The translations under genes were made by a program, and so were the position numbers. From Tubulanus polymorphus (lineage: Eukaryota; Animalia; Nemertea), in NCBI RefSeq assembly GCF_964204645.1, contig NC_134032.1, forward strand, positions 9,040,275-9,104,274: a stretch of DNA of 64,000 nt, given 5' to 3'. The notes beneath the pieces were generated by a model. It did no database searches and had not been told where the DNA came from. It saw only the letters and a list, made by a program, of their open reading frames with translations. Below, one piece after another: positions 34,560-49,500 of this stretch (positions are counted from its first letter, which is position 1; each line of letters opens with the position of its first letter).

Positions 34560-37500
34560 CTAAACCTCTGCAGCATCATCTTCATCTTCCGGCTCTTCGC
34601 CGATAGCCTCGAATTCCGACCGACTCTTCATGCTGACAATAGGTGTCGTCGGCGTCGTCGACGTCGTACTCCAGATCGCTATTTTACCCTCGCTCGTGAC
34701 GGAGCCGCTGATCACATAGCGATCGTCGGCCACGCACATCGAGCGTATCGCCTCGCCGAGATGAGCCGACAGAACCTTCTTCTCCAAACTACAGTCGTAC
34801 GTGTTGAATATGTAGATCAATCCGTTCTTAGAACCGGCCCATATCTACGACGCAAACGAAATAAGAATTACGGTATAATGATTTCCGAGGTCCTGATGAT
34901 TGTCATGTATAATGTATGTAATAACTACTGTATGTCACACATGCTCTCCGTGCTACGTTTTGGTCCGTAATTTCGTTGATAATCAGTTTATCTACTTTTA
35001 TTATGCGTCAAGATACTACCCTCATATCGTGGTTGCTTCCATAAATTCCCCTGATATCAATTAATAATCTATTGGAATTTCTAGAAAAGATGGCTGCCAT
35101 CAGAAAGCAATGACCTCTGGACTTTATAAGATTATCCAGGTCCTATAGAAAGCCTTTCAAAAAGATGTATGCCTCTATAAATCCCTCAATGACATCATCA
35201 AATTACCCCTGCACGCTCTTCTTGAAAATATGGCTGCCTCCATAAATTCCCCTACTTCATCGATCTATTTTTTGGGTTATCAACTGCCTATATGCCTAGA
35301 GTAGTAGATGGCTGTCTATGAGTCTTCCTATCATCAAATTACTGCAGCAGAACCTTCCAGAAAAGATCGCTGCCTCTATAAATCCCACTATGACATCATC
35401 AACCTATACGTGTAGTTGTACATACCTTATTCCCTACTAGTACCATACGACTGAAACCACGGCATTCAACGGTGAATTTTTTCACTTGTGAGAAATTCTC
35501 CGCATCCCACACGATCATTTCATTGTTACGACCGCTACCAGTCCATACCTGGAAATACCCAACTTATTCATTTCAAACTCGCAATCAACCACAGGTGGAC
35601 AGGTGTGGCATCCAGGGACATTACAATAGTGCATTGGACTTGAACCCATGCACTTGCATACCAGAGTGGAACGCCTAGACGATTCAATTAAACAGAACCA
35701 CCAAACCACCCACAAAATTAGGGATATAGCCCATTAGCTGCTGGTAAAAAATTGAATTTTTCTCAGTTACAATTCATCGAAGAATGAAAGAAAATGTTCA
35801 AATTAATCAGTAATCAACAGTAAGACCCTCAGTAACATCTTTCATATTTGCATACGCATTAAACAAATGAGTCAATATTTCTCATTAGGAAATAGTAACG
35901 AATACTGAAAATCAGAATCAGTCGGCAGCTCCATGTACCGAGTTTTGCCAACACGTTTATATGCATGTAAATTAAAAGTTGGTTATCAGTGCATTTAAAA
36001 ACACTTCTTGGCACGCTCGATAATGCAATAAGCGTCAAAATGGTAGTCATTTTATGACGCTGTAGCAATTAAACAGAAACACTCAGTTGACCCATAATGC
36101 TTAACACGTATTTCCGTTGGGTTTTGCCCCTAAATCGATCTCGGAAATATGTAAGAAATGCTGCTAAAGGATACCCACAGCATGAAAATGAACCGTTAAC
36201 ACATGCTGGAATGCCTAGGAATAGGGGCATTATACAAGATCCAGCATGACGGTGAACGTAGCCAGGATAACCAACTTGGTGAAACCCTTCACTGTTAACT
36301 GACCTGGATTCAAATTTCTAACTTACCTGACCGTTATTCGTGACTAGGAAGCAGTCTATTTGAATTTTCCGTTTCAATTGTTTGTCCTCGTAGAAGAGTC
36401 GTCGCAGCACGTCGCCATGGCGATTCACCACTAGAATTTCTTTCTTAACGCCTTGAAAAGCAACGCATTAACCATGATAGCAAGTGTCACATGACCACCA
36501 ATTGAGCGAATCTTACAAAGTTTTTTCGTACAATTCTTTTAGTTTTATAACCTTTTTAATGCTGCCTAATCCTTACCCCAAGGTGGAGATAATCTTGAAA
36601 AATTTGAAAAAAATTCCACCCCACTGCGACGTATCATTGGCATAAGGCACAATTGTGTCTACACTGTGGTGCGACGTATCATTAGTTACTAACATTTCAA
36701 AATGTTTGACAGATGCTGCCATCTTTCGAGAGATTATAACTACGTAATCACTAACTACACGCTATCCACTAATATGCAATAATTACATTGATACACTGCA
36801 ATGCGGTGTACTGGCAACATTTATCAATTTATACACAGCACGTCGCACTACGGTGTAGACACACCGAATGGGTTAATCAAAATATGAGATCACATCTACA
36901 TGCACCTGTAAACGTACATGCACATGTAACATGTCGACACTTACCGCACCAGAGGCAGTCTTCTTTCACTACTATCGACTGTAGACCCTGTATTGCCGTT
37001 AAATGTATCGCTGAACCGATTTTTGTCAAACTTTCGGCGTCCCACGTGATAATCTGACCGTTTAAACTCGCAGTGAATACCAGACTATTGGACAGAAAAT
37101 TGAAACAATCAATATAATCCCCCTATGGCATCATAAAATTACTCGTATCCAAGAAAGATAGCTGCCTTTATTGAAAAAACCCCAAATGTCATCATTATCA
37201 TCATCATCATCAGCATCATCATCATTACCCATTTAGACCCTTCCAGAAAAGATAGCCGCCTTCACAAATCCTCCTCTTACATCATCAAATTACCCTTACA
37301 GACAATTTCAGAAAAGGCCGCCTTTACAAAATCCCCTAAGACACCATCAAATTGCTCCTACTGACACTTACTGATGTCTTAATAATTGTTATTGAAATTA
37401 TGGCTCCCTTCACAAATCCTCCTATGACATCATTGAATTAACCCCCCCCCCCCCAATTATTAGACACTATACTGACATTTACCTTTTATCCTCAGATAAA

Positions 37501-40500
37501 GTCATGTGTGACATCATATCATCATGCTCTAATAGCTTCTGATTACACGTTGCCGTAGCGACATCAATAATGTAAATCACATGGTCGAATGAACCGGCCC
37601 AGACCTGGTGATCACCAACAGCCAATAAACACACCTGTTAAAAACAACGACCATCACCATAGTACCCGATGAGACACCAAATGATGAGACTATCAATCGG
37701 ATTTTTAGCTGGTCGAAATAAGTTCTCAATTTCAACTATAAACTTGATTTTTAAACTCCTTAAACCAATATTATCAAACGAGCTTCGAAAACAATTATCA
37801 GATTCACTTCAGAATGGCTCAATGCAACAGGCCTTTGACATCGAAAACTAGCAATTGGCAATCAGCATGTCCTTCAGGTATACCGTACTTTTGTACTGCT
37901 GATGTTCGGTATAGGTTGATTCACTTAAATAGTGTACGTACGTACGTACATACATACATACATACATACATACATACTGCCCAGTGAAGTGCTGAAAACT
38001 GCACCACCTGGTGGATCTTTGTAGAATTCTTGACTGCAATGGTAGTCCATGTCCCAATATGCACTAGCACACTATGCGCTAGGTGAATCCCAACTTTCCA
38101 CGAGTGCGGCAGCAGTATATGTCCCACTGCACACTAACCATTAGTGTATCATGACTTGCCACAATTTCAGAATAATTAGATAAGATACGGTAGCCAGAAT
38201 ATTTAGGAATATTTCGTCAACTTACAACTTTTTTCTCAGCTTGTATACACTCTGATACGAGAAACCATTTGCTGGCGTTGTACACTTTGACTTTGCCGCT
38301 GCCCATACCAACCCATAACATCGGCTCGATGGCCATCTGTTCATTCGAATCCATACCTGGAATAAAAGAACCCACAAAGTCTAGAGTCAAGGGTTATTAG
38401 TTCACAAGTCAAGAATACATGTATAATATATAATTTACTTTTCACTTAAAGATAACAATGAAATGAACAATATAAATGCTGAATTAACATCGATAAACGA
38501 GGGTGCAGTCACAGAGCCCACAGGCTGTGACAACTTTGGGCCAAGTCAAGTGGTGACTGTACCCAAAAAACAAAGAAAAGATTAATATGATACTACACGA
38601 GATGGATGAATTGAGACATGACACGTGTATATGAGGACATTAGTAATAGAGTATCTACTTATTAAGCAAAGTGCGAAGTGTGATGATCACTTATGGCAGG
38701 TGTGCTGATGAATATCCAATGTCTGGTATTTGTAGTTCATTTTCATTGAAAATGTGTGGATTGAAAAAAAATCATGTCAGGTGGAGTCCTGAACACGAAG
38801 TTAACTGTGGACAAGCACTTTTTGCAAGTATGAAATATCCAATGTCTGGTATATGAGGTATGGGTGATCACTTTTCTTTTTAAAAATGAACGAATAAAAT
38901 GTCGAATATCTAGTGTTTATCTAGTGATTTTAAATAAAAAATGTCTCTCCTGAACACCTTCGATGAAAGTCATACTCACGTCCAGGTGTATAGAGCAAAG
39001 CTTCAACTGTCGATCTCTCCAACTCGTTTGCGTTCGGGTTAATCTTTCGTTGCAGCACCTCTTCTGTACCCTGAGGTAGCACGCCCCCGCCTGCCTCGCG
39101 TTGGTTCGTGAAGTGACACAGAATTCGCGCCGCTTTTTCGACGACCAGGTGATGCGACGACTCCTCATCGCGTCCGCTGAAATCAAGATTATCGAGAAAA
39201 GTTAAATAGCCCAAAATTTGCTGAAGATTGCCTCGGAAAAGCAATTGACATCACAGAACTATGCTACGTCAAGTGTTAAATGAATTTCCCAGCTTAAAGG
39301 AAAATCTATTGAATTCCAAAACATTCCAAATTGCCAAGTTTATCCCAATTTCCCTGTTCATGGGGAACCATTGCGGACAGACTGGTGATTGCATGAACGA
39401 ACCTGAAAATCAGGGCGTCTAACAGTTGAACATTTTGCGCAGCTTGTTGTACAATACCGCCGTCTCTTAGAGCACCGGCGATCGTTACACCCGACCACAT
39501 TTCGGTAATTAACATCGCCCATTCGTTACGCTGATCTTTCAAACAAACAACGTAGCGAGGTCCACCTGCAACGACGACAAACAAACAGACACTGTTTAAC
39601 GTACAGTTCACCCAAATTCGGATATTTTTTGGAGAAAAATGTTGCCGACTTGAGATGGATGTACAAGTTGGATGCTTCAGTCAGTAGACTGCACACAAAT
39701 CGGATCTTTCGACTTGCCAGTGATATCTGAGTTGGATGATACACTAGATTGCTCAAGTTGTCCGGCTTAACAGTTATAACATGATTTGAAAGACAAGAGG
39801 ACCATAACGTCCATATGGAAGACAGGGTTTAAAATTGACTAAATAGTAGTGAGTGGATGCATGGGGAGATGTAAGTTTTGTCAGTGAAAACCCAAATTCA
39901 CATTTTCCAGGGTTTCCGTGGGCCTGTTTTTTTATTGTTAGACGGACATTTTCCCCCAACCAAAAGTGGTCCTATTTTTCCCAAATCCAGAGAAATTCTT
40001 TGAGGAATTGTGAAAATAAATTGATTAATTGTTCTCTAAAGACATCATAATGTTCTTTTTTTAGTTTATTTCAATGTAACGATCTGTTGCAATAACAAAA
40101 TGTGTGGCTGACGATGTAGTGTAACAGTAATAGCGCATAGGCCATATCTACCTTCCCTACAGATGATAGTGTAATCACCCAGACGGATCCTTCCCACCCT
40201 ATTTTCCATGGTATAATAGTCCACACCTAAGCCAATGAAACTGCGTATAGACAGTGTTCTCAGTGTGTGTGTCAATGAATGAAGTTCAAGTGACAGGCAC
40301 TATACTCCATGGTAGTTTTAATTACAGGGCAATTCCACGGTAACGGAATTAGAGTTCAGACACTTCAATCAATTTTTATGGCAAGTTAGATTAGATATCA
40401 AGACACCAAACACAGCTGAATGGAGACCTTTGGATGTCTATTTAAGCTAGAAAATTTTTTGTCTGGAACATAGATTTTGGGCAGCCATGGGTAATGTCTG

Positions 40501-43500
40501 GTAACGGAATTACGTCAGAAAATCAAAATCTGTTTTTTATCATTCCAAAATTCCATTTCGTCTGAATTCTGTTGGGCAAGTTATCATTTTAGATTTTGAA
40601 TCAGATTCCAGCTGAGGTTCAACTGATGTTTCCACTTCAACTTCTAACGCTGATTCAGCATCATTTTCCCTCTGATTGTTTGCTTATTGTGAAATCATTC
40701 CGGACTATAGCAGAAGGTTTTGCATGGTTCTGTACATATAAAATATAGTTGAACAGATCTACAGTTTAAATGTTGTTTCAACGCAGGTGACCTAGGAGAT
40801 GTACTCAGCATCTTATTATAGTGAATTAGAGTAAATAATTTCCAAAGAAATTCATATTTCTTAAAAGCATGTATATATGTAATTCCGGTACCAGACTACT
40901 TTCGTAATTCCGTTACCATCTTATTGAAAAACTATAGCAACCTAGGCCGTTTTCTAAGTACACATTGTTCTATGTATGAATAAAGAAAAATCTAGTTTTC
41001 ATAAAAATCTGGTGATAACTTGCCTCGAAGTGAAAGTAAACCATTTTTTATGGTAACGGAATTAAGGGAGAACTCGGTATTATAGCATAGAGATTTTTCA
41101 TTCCAAATTAACAGTCACTTAATTTGTGAGAGTGGAATATTGAAATAAACACATCCAGTGTATTATGGTGGAAAACTCTACATAAAGTGATTGGTTTGAC
41201 AAGTAAACGAAGCTCAAAGGAGTCAGCTATTATTCATACGAAATTTATATGAAACTCACCAAAATCATAGAACACATTATGACCTACAACTTTTCAATTG
41301 ATTGTGGTAACAAAATATGCTTAGTCCCAAGTGGGCTAAAAAGCCTACTTGTAAATTCGACAGCAAATGTTGTACAATTTCGCTCATGTTGTTTACATTA
41401 GTAGATCAAGATGATGTCACACTACATCGCTAAAAATCCCCAAAAATGGCATAAAATTGCCAATTTACCCAATTTAGGCTTCATCAATAGCCTTCAAAAG
41501 CAGTCGCCACTTAGCTGCCATTATAACAGCCAACTTAATGCAGACCTTAGCCCGTGAATCATTTCACACTCGGAGGAGATAGCGGTCAACACGAATTCAA
41601 CACTCTGTTTAATACTAATAGATTCAGCTGCGCTGAATCTAAAAATTGATAATCTATTCGATTTGCGATGATTTCCGGGAAATCTTAAATGAACTGACCC
41701 ACAGAGTAGATGGCTAACGTGTCTACAGATGATAGAAACGTTGTTTGTTTAAACTTCTCTAATTTCAGAATGTTCTTCAACATCACGATTTCGATCAACA
41801 TATCTCGGCCATCCAGTACAAACAACAGTCTAAAAAATGAAAAAACAAAATTCATGAAAATGTAATGAGAATTAACAGTTAAACTCAACAGTTAAAATCG
41901 GTTAACTCCAAACCTTTTAGATGTTAGTATTAGATAACCGGTGCCGGTGTCCGATTTCACGAGGGGCGAAACTTTCAAAATCATCTCTCCGGCTTCGAGC
42001 TGGTCATCGGATGCCAATAATGATTGACAGTGGACCTCGTTTTCTCGCCAACACTCGTGGAATATATCAAAAGTCACTGGATCCAAACTCGGCCCTGAAA
42101 ATTCAATAGGATATTAGTACCTAGCTGCATCGAGAACGAACTAATTCGAAAAACCGTTACCGAGAACTGCGGAACCGCATGCGGGATATAGTATTTACCC
42201 ATTGTTCCGTTCGGTTGCCGCGTGATCGTTAAGGCTTTAAACAGACGTTGCAACGTGTCGTAGTCGTGACAAATTTCAACGGACGAGATCAGCTCGGCAA
42301 ATTCAGCAAACGCTGCAAAAATTGGAAACAATTTTGGAATTCAAATCGTTTCATCTAGAATCGACTTACCAGGCCAGATCTAGGATTTCAAAGAGCGATC
42401 GGTTCAATATGTATGCGCTACAAGGGCAACTGTCCCAAAAAAGCATCGTTTGTGCAAAGCAAAAGAGGGTATCAAACCGTGGAAATAAGGGGTTATCAAA
42501 ATTAAGATCCATTTTCATCCAAGCCGAGGGTGTTTAAGTTAAAATTCCCTGGGCAGTATTTCAATCAACTTGTTTGTTTTTCATCCACCATTTTCAGAAC
42601 ACCTTTCAGCCAACAAGAGGCGGATTCTGAATCCGAATGATATCAAACGAGCCTCAGAAAGATATCAGATTCACTTTTCTACTTTCGACAATTTGATACA
42701 TGGATTTACTTCAGAGAAAAGTTCACTTGATTTCAATTGAAATGTGGAAGTAATTTTTTTGAGGCAAGAATAAACCTAACTAGGGGTCCAGGGACACCAT
42801 GCCCACTTGGGAAGTGGTTTCCAATGCTCAACAATCTAACAATTTCAATGTTCAACGCCAACTGGTGACCATATACAAAAACCAATGACCTTGAACCTCA
42901 CCACAATCATAGAACATGTCAGCAGCTATGATTTTGTAATTGATTGTGATAACAAAATATGTCTCGTTACCAATTTAATATGGAAATACTAAGTATTCTA
43001 CTATTCAACGCCCCCTGGTGACCATATTCAAAACCCAATGACCTTAAAACTCACCATAATCATAGAAAATGTCATAAACTACAACTTTGCAATTGATCAT
43101 GATAACACAATATGTCTCATTACCAATTTAATATGGAAATACTAAGTATTCTACTATTCAACGCCCCCTGGTGACCATATTCAAAACCCAATGACCTTAA
43201 AACTCACCATAATCATAGAACATGTCATAAACTACAACTTTGCAATTGATCATGGTAACAAAATATGCCTAGGTACCAATCTAATAAGGAAATACTAAGT
43301 TATTCTACTATTCAACGCCCCCTGGTGACCATATAGAATAACTAATGTCCTTAAAACTCACCACAATCATAGATGATGTCATGAGCAACAACTTTGCAAT
43401 TAATTATGGTAACAAAATATGCTTACGTATCAATATAATGTGGAAAAACTTTTTCCCACCTTCCAATGAGTACTGATACCAAGATGGCCGCCAATTGCGT

Positions 43501-46500
43501 CACAAATGGCCGATCAAAAATACCTGGCTCAGGTATAAAACAACCCTTTCCAAGGAATACCCATCAAAAATTGCAATGAGAAATGGCAAACCAGTAGGAA
43601 GCTACAGGACTCAGAATTTGGGCCAAAATTAACAGTTTTGGGCACTAAAAAGGTCATAGGACGGCCATCTTGCGTCCGATCGACCCAATTTTTCTTATGG
43701 TGATGGGCCTTGGGGGGATTTAAATATATATGAAAGATCAAGGTAATTGATTTAAGCGTCTTTAAAATTTCCCTCAAAAAGTTCAAAAAGTGTAAAAAGT
43801 GCTGATTTTGACGAACAACAATGGCTGCCAGTCGGCCATCTTGAATCCGAGAGGGCCAGTTTTTGGGCTGAAGATGTGTCTAGAATAGACACATGTATAA
43901 ACCAAATATCAAGACATTACCTTGAAGCGTCTTCAAAACTTCCCAAAATAACTGGATTCCGTCTACGGACGGACGGAATAGCCATGAACGCAATAAACAC
44001 TAGAAACACTTGGTGGATCCTCAGCTGAATTTTCACTTTCCACAATGCCTCATTGTGTTCAATACATACCGACGTCATCCTCCGGCGTAACCTCGTGCTC
44101 CAACGTGAAGTCAACATTCTCCAGCATTGCAGTGGAAACGGACACGTTAAACTGTCGGTTGAGTTTAGTAAATATCGGTTGTTTCATTAACGCTTCTCGT
44201 GAACTGATCGACATGTCCGAGATAACATTATCCACTACGCTACAGGTAAATAAATAACACTACCTTAATCTAGAACTGCCTGCCAGAGCCAAGCAAACCA
44301 ATGCCTCGTCAATTACAAACCCCGTTGAAATCCACATGAAACTGAACACATTCTTCTACATTTTTAAACAAATAGGAATTCTTTCAAAATCTAATATAGC
44401 TACCAGTCAGCCATTTTACTTTGTATAGTAACATCATTTGTTCAGCTAGTTTGCCTTGGTATGTGACACACATATGCAAAATAAGACGAGTCTACATGAA
44501 AGAGTTTCAGAATAATAGGCTAATATCTTATCAAAAATTCAATACGGCCCCTATTTAGCCATCTTAGATGCAATATTGTAACAAATTTGCACTGCAGGTC
44601 GCAAATTGCAAGAACTCTCATGATGTGTTATCAAAATACAACAAGAAGAGGTATTCAGAGATATTCAGAAGGGCTTTTCAAGAAAAAGCTACTGGTTTAG
44701 ACTGATCGGTTAAAAAACTCACGTTTTCGGGAAAAGTCTCGTGTCATTGGCGGAAAGTGCACAGAAATCTTCCAATCCGTTCAACACATTATCCCTGGTT
44801 ATATGTAACATTCCTCGTAAATACAAATACGACGCCCTTAAACTTGACGACTTTGAGTTCTAGAAATATAACACCCAAGTTTCAGGATGAAAAAAATTCA
44901 AGTTAGGTCACATTACGTTGAGTGAGACAGGGCGCTTGACATCAAAAGATGAAAGGTCAAAGGATCCCTGGATATCTTCTTAGGAGATATAAGGCTAAGG
45001 CGTCAGCCATCTCTTCTCAAAGGGTAAACCCAGCAATCTAATGATGTCTTCTAGGGATTTTTCGATACATCTTCTCAGAGAATCTCTGGATAAATTTTTA
45101 AGAGTTATTTGATGTCATAGGAGAATGGAATTGATGGTGGCGGACACCTTTTCTCAAAATATAAATGTAAAGGAGCAATTTGATGATATCAAAGGGAGAT
45201 TTCTGGAAGCATCATTCCCGGAAGTGTCTCTAGGAGTAATTTGATGATGTCATTGGAGGATTGATGATGGCAACCATTTATTGTAGAAGATTCTACGCAG
45301 TTGTTTGATATGTTTTAAGTGCCAGGGGGTGACAGCCATATTTTTGGGAATGGGTCATTTACCGTTATGCAGGTGGAAAGTTCATCAATCGCTCGTTCTA
45401 TAAAATGTCGTCCTCCCTTCGCGACGTATTTGGGTAATACAAAATCCAGGATATCGTCCGATTCACGAACTAACAGCAAACCAGACTGACTGCCCCTAGC
45501 AATAAAAATCGCACAAATAATATCGAGGTGATTGTCACCATAAATCACCCTTTCACATCAACAGTCACGATCATTCTAGAGTTTCAATGATTTTCAGTGG
45601 TTTTTCGTTATTCACCCGTTCGTTCTATCACTCTGTTATCATTATCTTGTGATTATCTGAGTGGCATTATTAATTATCTGCATTTTTTGTATCGTATATC
45701 GGTTCGCTTGATAATAAATAGGATCAGATTTTTAAAAATTCAATGATCTCATAGGAAGTGTCTCTTTTCCGGAAGTGTCTATTGAAGTGATTCGCTAATC
45801 TCATGGGAGGATACATGCATGCAGCCATCTTTCGAGGTGTCTCCAGGAATAATTTCATGATGTCATAAGGGGACGTTTCATGATGTCATAAGCCTTATCG
45901 ACGTTGATATAACTGCGTTGAATCCGCGTCATCCGGATTTCGGTCTTATCCGGTCAATATTTGCAGTCCATTTGTTCATTAATATTCCGGAAAATGCCTC
46001 TCAATATGGATTTCCCGTAAACCGGATGAATTGTTTTGGCGCCAAATGATCCGATTTAAGCGGATTCTACTGTAATAATGATAATAATATTGATTATGAA
46101 GGCAACGTGAATATAAATTTGCATACCTGTGCGACGAAGAACGCGATGTTTTCCGAGTTGTTGGAGGCGCGCGAGTTTTTTCTTCCATCATCGACCACAA
46201 GTCGCGCTTCTGAGCGAATCGTTCTTGCAGAAATTTGTTGAACAAATCCGTCTGGAGAAACTGAGCGCGACGAGAAAAGCAATACCGTAGATGAGTAAAA
46301 TTATTCTAGGAAAATAATGTCCGAAACGAAGTGCGGTAGAAATTAGGACCCAGTTCAACAGGCTCGACTCTTGAAGTAGTCGGAATTAGTTCATTTTCAA
46401 TATTACTGTAGAGAAAGATCCTCGTAACTGTGGAACCCGAGTCGAATCAAATGAAATTTCCTATTACTTTGTTGACGTACCTCTTCGTAAAATGGTTTCT

Positions 46501-49500
46501 CCTCTGTTGCCCTTGATGACAGGAACGCTTTATGTTTGAATTTAGCCTTATCGACGTTGATATAACTGCGAACATCGCTGAAATGAGACATTGTTTCAGA
46601 AAAACCGATCATTGAAGATTTTGGACTAAGGGTCATGTAGCAAAAATAAGAATTCGACCAGCTTCCAATTAGCTCTGCAATCTGCTCATCAAATTGCTCA
46701 AAAATACACCCTTCTAGAATGGATGTCATAAATTCCTCTATAACATCATGAAATTAGTCTTAAAGACCCTCAAGAAAAGACGTTAGTTTTCATAAATCCC
46801 CGTGTGACAAATCATATTACCCCAGTACACTCAACTTGAAAAGATGAATGCCTTCATAACCCAATAACATCATCAAATCACTCTCATAGACCTGTTTTAC
46901 TACTAGCCTTCATATAGATTACCATATGACATTATCAATTTACCCCAAAAGACTCTAACAGAAAAGATGGCAGCCTTCATAGTTCCAAATCAAATTACTC
47001 TTATATCCCGAAGAAACAATGATTTCCTACCTACATCGGTGGACAACGACACTGGTTTTATTTCAAGTCAGAACAATTTAATCAGAACGGCAACGCTGTG
47101 AACTTTTCATCGAAACACTCACCCGAATAAATTCACCATCAACTGAACGAAACAGCCAACGATATTCTGATGAAACCGAAACTGATGTTGTCGCCGCGAC
47201 GTTGCCATTTCTTCCATTGTCAACGGCGACAGGCGATCGACCGTTTCGAGTTCGTAGTGAACTTTAGCCGATTTGAACGATTCTTTGAACGCGTCGACAC
47301 AGTGTTTTGGTATTTCGGGAACTAGGAGGGTTTCGCAGACATTCACGCATCCGTAATCCAAATCCACGACGACGATTCCTTCAACCTGAAAAGTTTTCAT
47401 TAAGAAAATTTCTAAGTACCGGTAACTTAAGTCTCATTCAAACTTAATTAAACTTTAATCTTTAATTCATCTTTAACATTTCCCCAATACATACATGGGA
47501 GATAGTTTGAAGGCCCCAGTTTAAAATCATAGAAGCGGTCTAGATCGGTCTAGGTTGCTAGATTGGTTGTATAACTTGAACTTAGACTTGGACTTTTAAG
47601 TTGTTCAATTGGTTTTTAAACAAACATAAACTTAGACCAGCCCCAGATTTTAGAATCGCTTCAAAACTGAAATGAGTCTATGAATAGTTAGATATAAAAA
47701 CCAAACGAATTTAGACAAGTTTTATGTATGTTGTTAGATTATAATAATCATTCATGTGCCTGTATAGCGCAATTCCACAAAAACTTAATCATTGCACATG
47801 ACATTTAACTAAACATTTAAACATTAAAGCAGATTACAACAATCAATCAAGAGTACATTTGTCAAATAAAGGGTTTTTATACATTTTTTCAACATATAGT
47901 TGAATATTCAGCTTTAGTGAAACTTAGTCTGGTCATGAATCTAAATATTTCTGATCAAGAAAGGAAGCATTTTCATGTACGAGTAGAAATGCGTTAAAAG
48001 AACGAACCTGTTGAACTTGGTTTCTGTGTATCGAGCTGCAGCCCATGATCCATGTACCAGGCGCCTCGATATACTCGAGTAAGTTGTTCGCTAACACTGG
48101 TACGTATGTATACCTCCACATAAATGGATAGATAAAATTCAAAAATGCCTGAAAACAAGATGTTTAAACAAAGAACTGAAATTTGAAATTTTTTAAAAAG
48201 AGAGAAATTACCATGATCGACTTCGTGTTCGAAAATATTCTAAAAAAGTTTTTTAAATTCTTCATAGAAATAGAAATGCGAACCTCTTGAGTGATGGTCA
48301 ACAACGCGTAGTTTGCCGACAGAAATAACGTTCGTTGCTGCAGCAATAGGCAGCTAACGACCTTGAGAATGTCGTCGACCGGCAGACAGTAAAATATACA
48401 CGACAGCGGAATATCGATGACCTGTTTGCCGGGAAACGCAGCCGGTAGCAGACGCACCGCCTCACCGAATAAGTTGAACCTCTGAAACGAAGACAAAAAC
48501 TTTATTTCTATAATCCCGTTCAGCTTGAAGATGCCGCACGGCAGAAAACCTGTTATCGCTGCTTTGCAGCTATATTCATGACATTCCTAAAAACCTAACG
48601 CTAAGGCCTCTTGATACTGGGTTTTCATCAACTCTTATCCAGCCAATTTGATTGCAATACATGTAACTCATTCAATATGTAACAAAGCCTTTGGTTACAC
48701 AAAATTTAAGACCACATTCAATCTAAACAGAAGAATCAACAAGCTTGAAAAGGTTTTCGAAATTAATTTCAGAATTTTTTTTTGTTGCGTAGAAGCCAAG
48801 TCGTCAGATTGGATCTGCAGTGGACTCAAATGCTCTGTTTTACTGCAAGTTACATTCTGAGTAAAATGTTGTGAGGAGACCCAGCACCTGCGAATGAACA
48901 ACCCAGAACACCAGCATTCCGCCGGGAATTTCTATTGGAATTTGACGTGCTGTCATCTACAAAAGCATCATGCAAATCAACCAATAACGGAATATTATCA
49001 TGAATTTGGAATCAAAACTTACGAGGGCTAACATGCCAGCAGGGGGCACCGGTGTCTGCGTCAGTCGGATCGCGATGTCTTTCAGGTAGCCGTCGAAATC
49101 GTCGGGATTCGTTTTAATTCGACTCACCAAGCTGTAACGAAATTAAAATACCATTTATTTTTATAAGTTTGAAATATCTAAAATTTCGGCCACTCCATGC
49201 TAAACGTTTGGTCCGAGACCTGGCTCTATAGAACTCAAATAACAATCTGAATATCTAGAGTTTAAGTAATTGGAAATGAGATGATTTTAACTGTAAAGTT
49301 AAAGTAATTGAAAATGAATTTATTTTAACTGTAGAGTTAAAATGATTGAAAATAAGAACCAATTTTGACTGTAGAGTTAAGATAATTGAAAATAAGAACC
49401 AATTTTGTCTCAAGAGTTGCTTGCAACTGGCTGCGCATACATCAACTGCAATTCTCCACCAATACTATATCGAACTGAAGTTATAACCTGAGCACAGTCC

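Noticed and set aside
36166-36174. U12-type donor GTATCCTTT on the minus strand within DENND3
   Set aside because: Lies mid-intron. The flanking exons already join in frame by ordinary GT-AG sites with no protein segment obviously missing.
42370-42417. 48-nt AG..GTAAGT pseudo-exon in DENND3 intron 13
   Set aside because: Contains an in-frame TGA and leaves only a 57-nt intron. It could be a poison exon but has no support.
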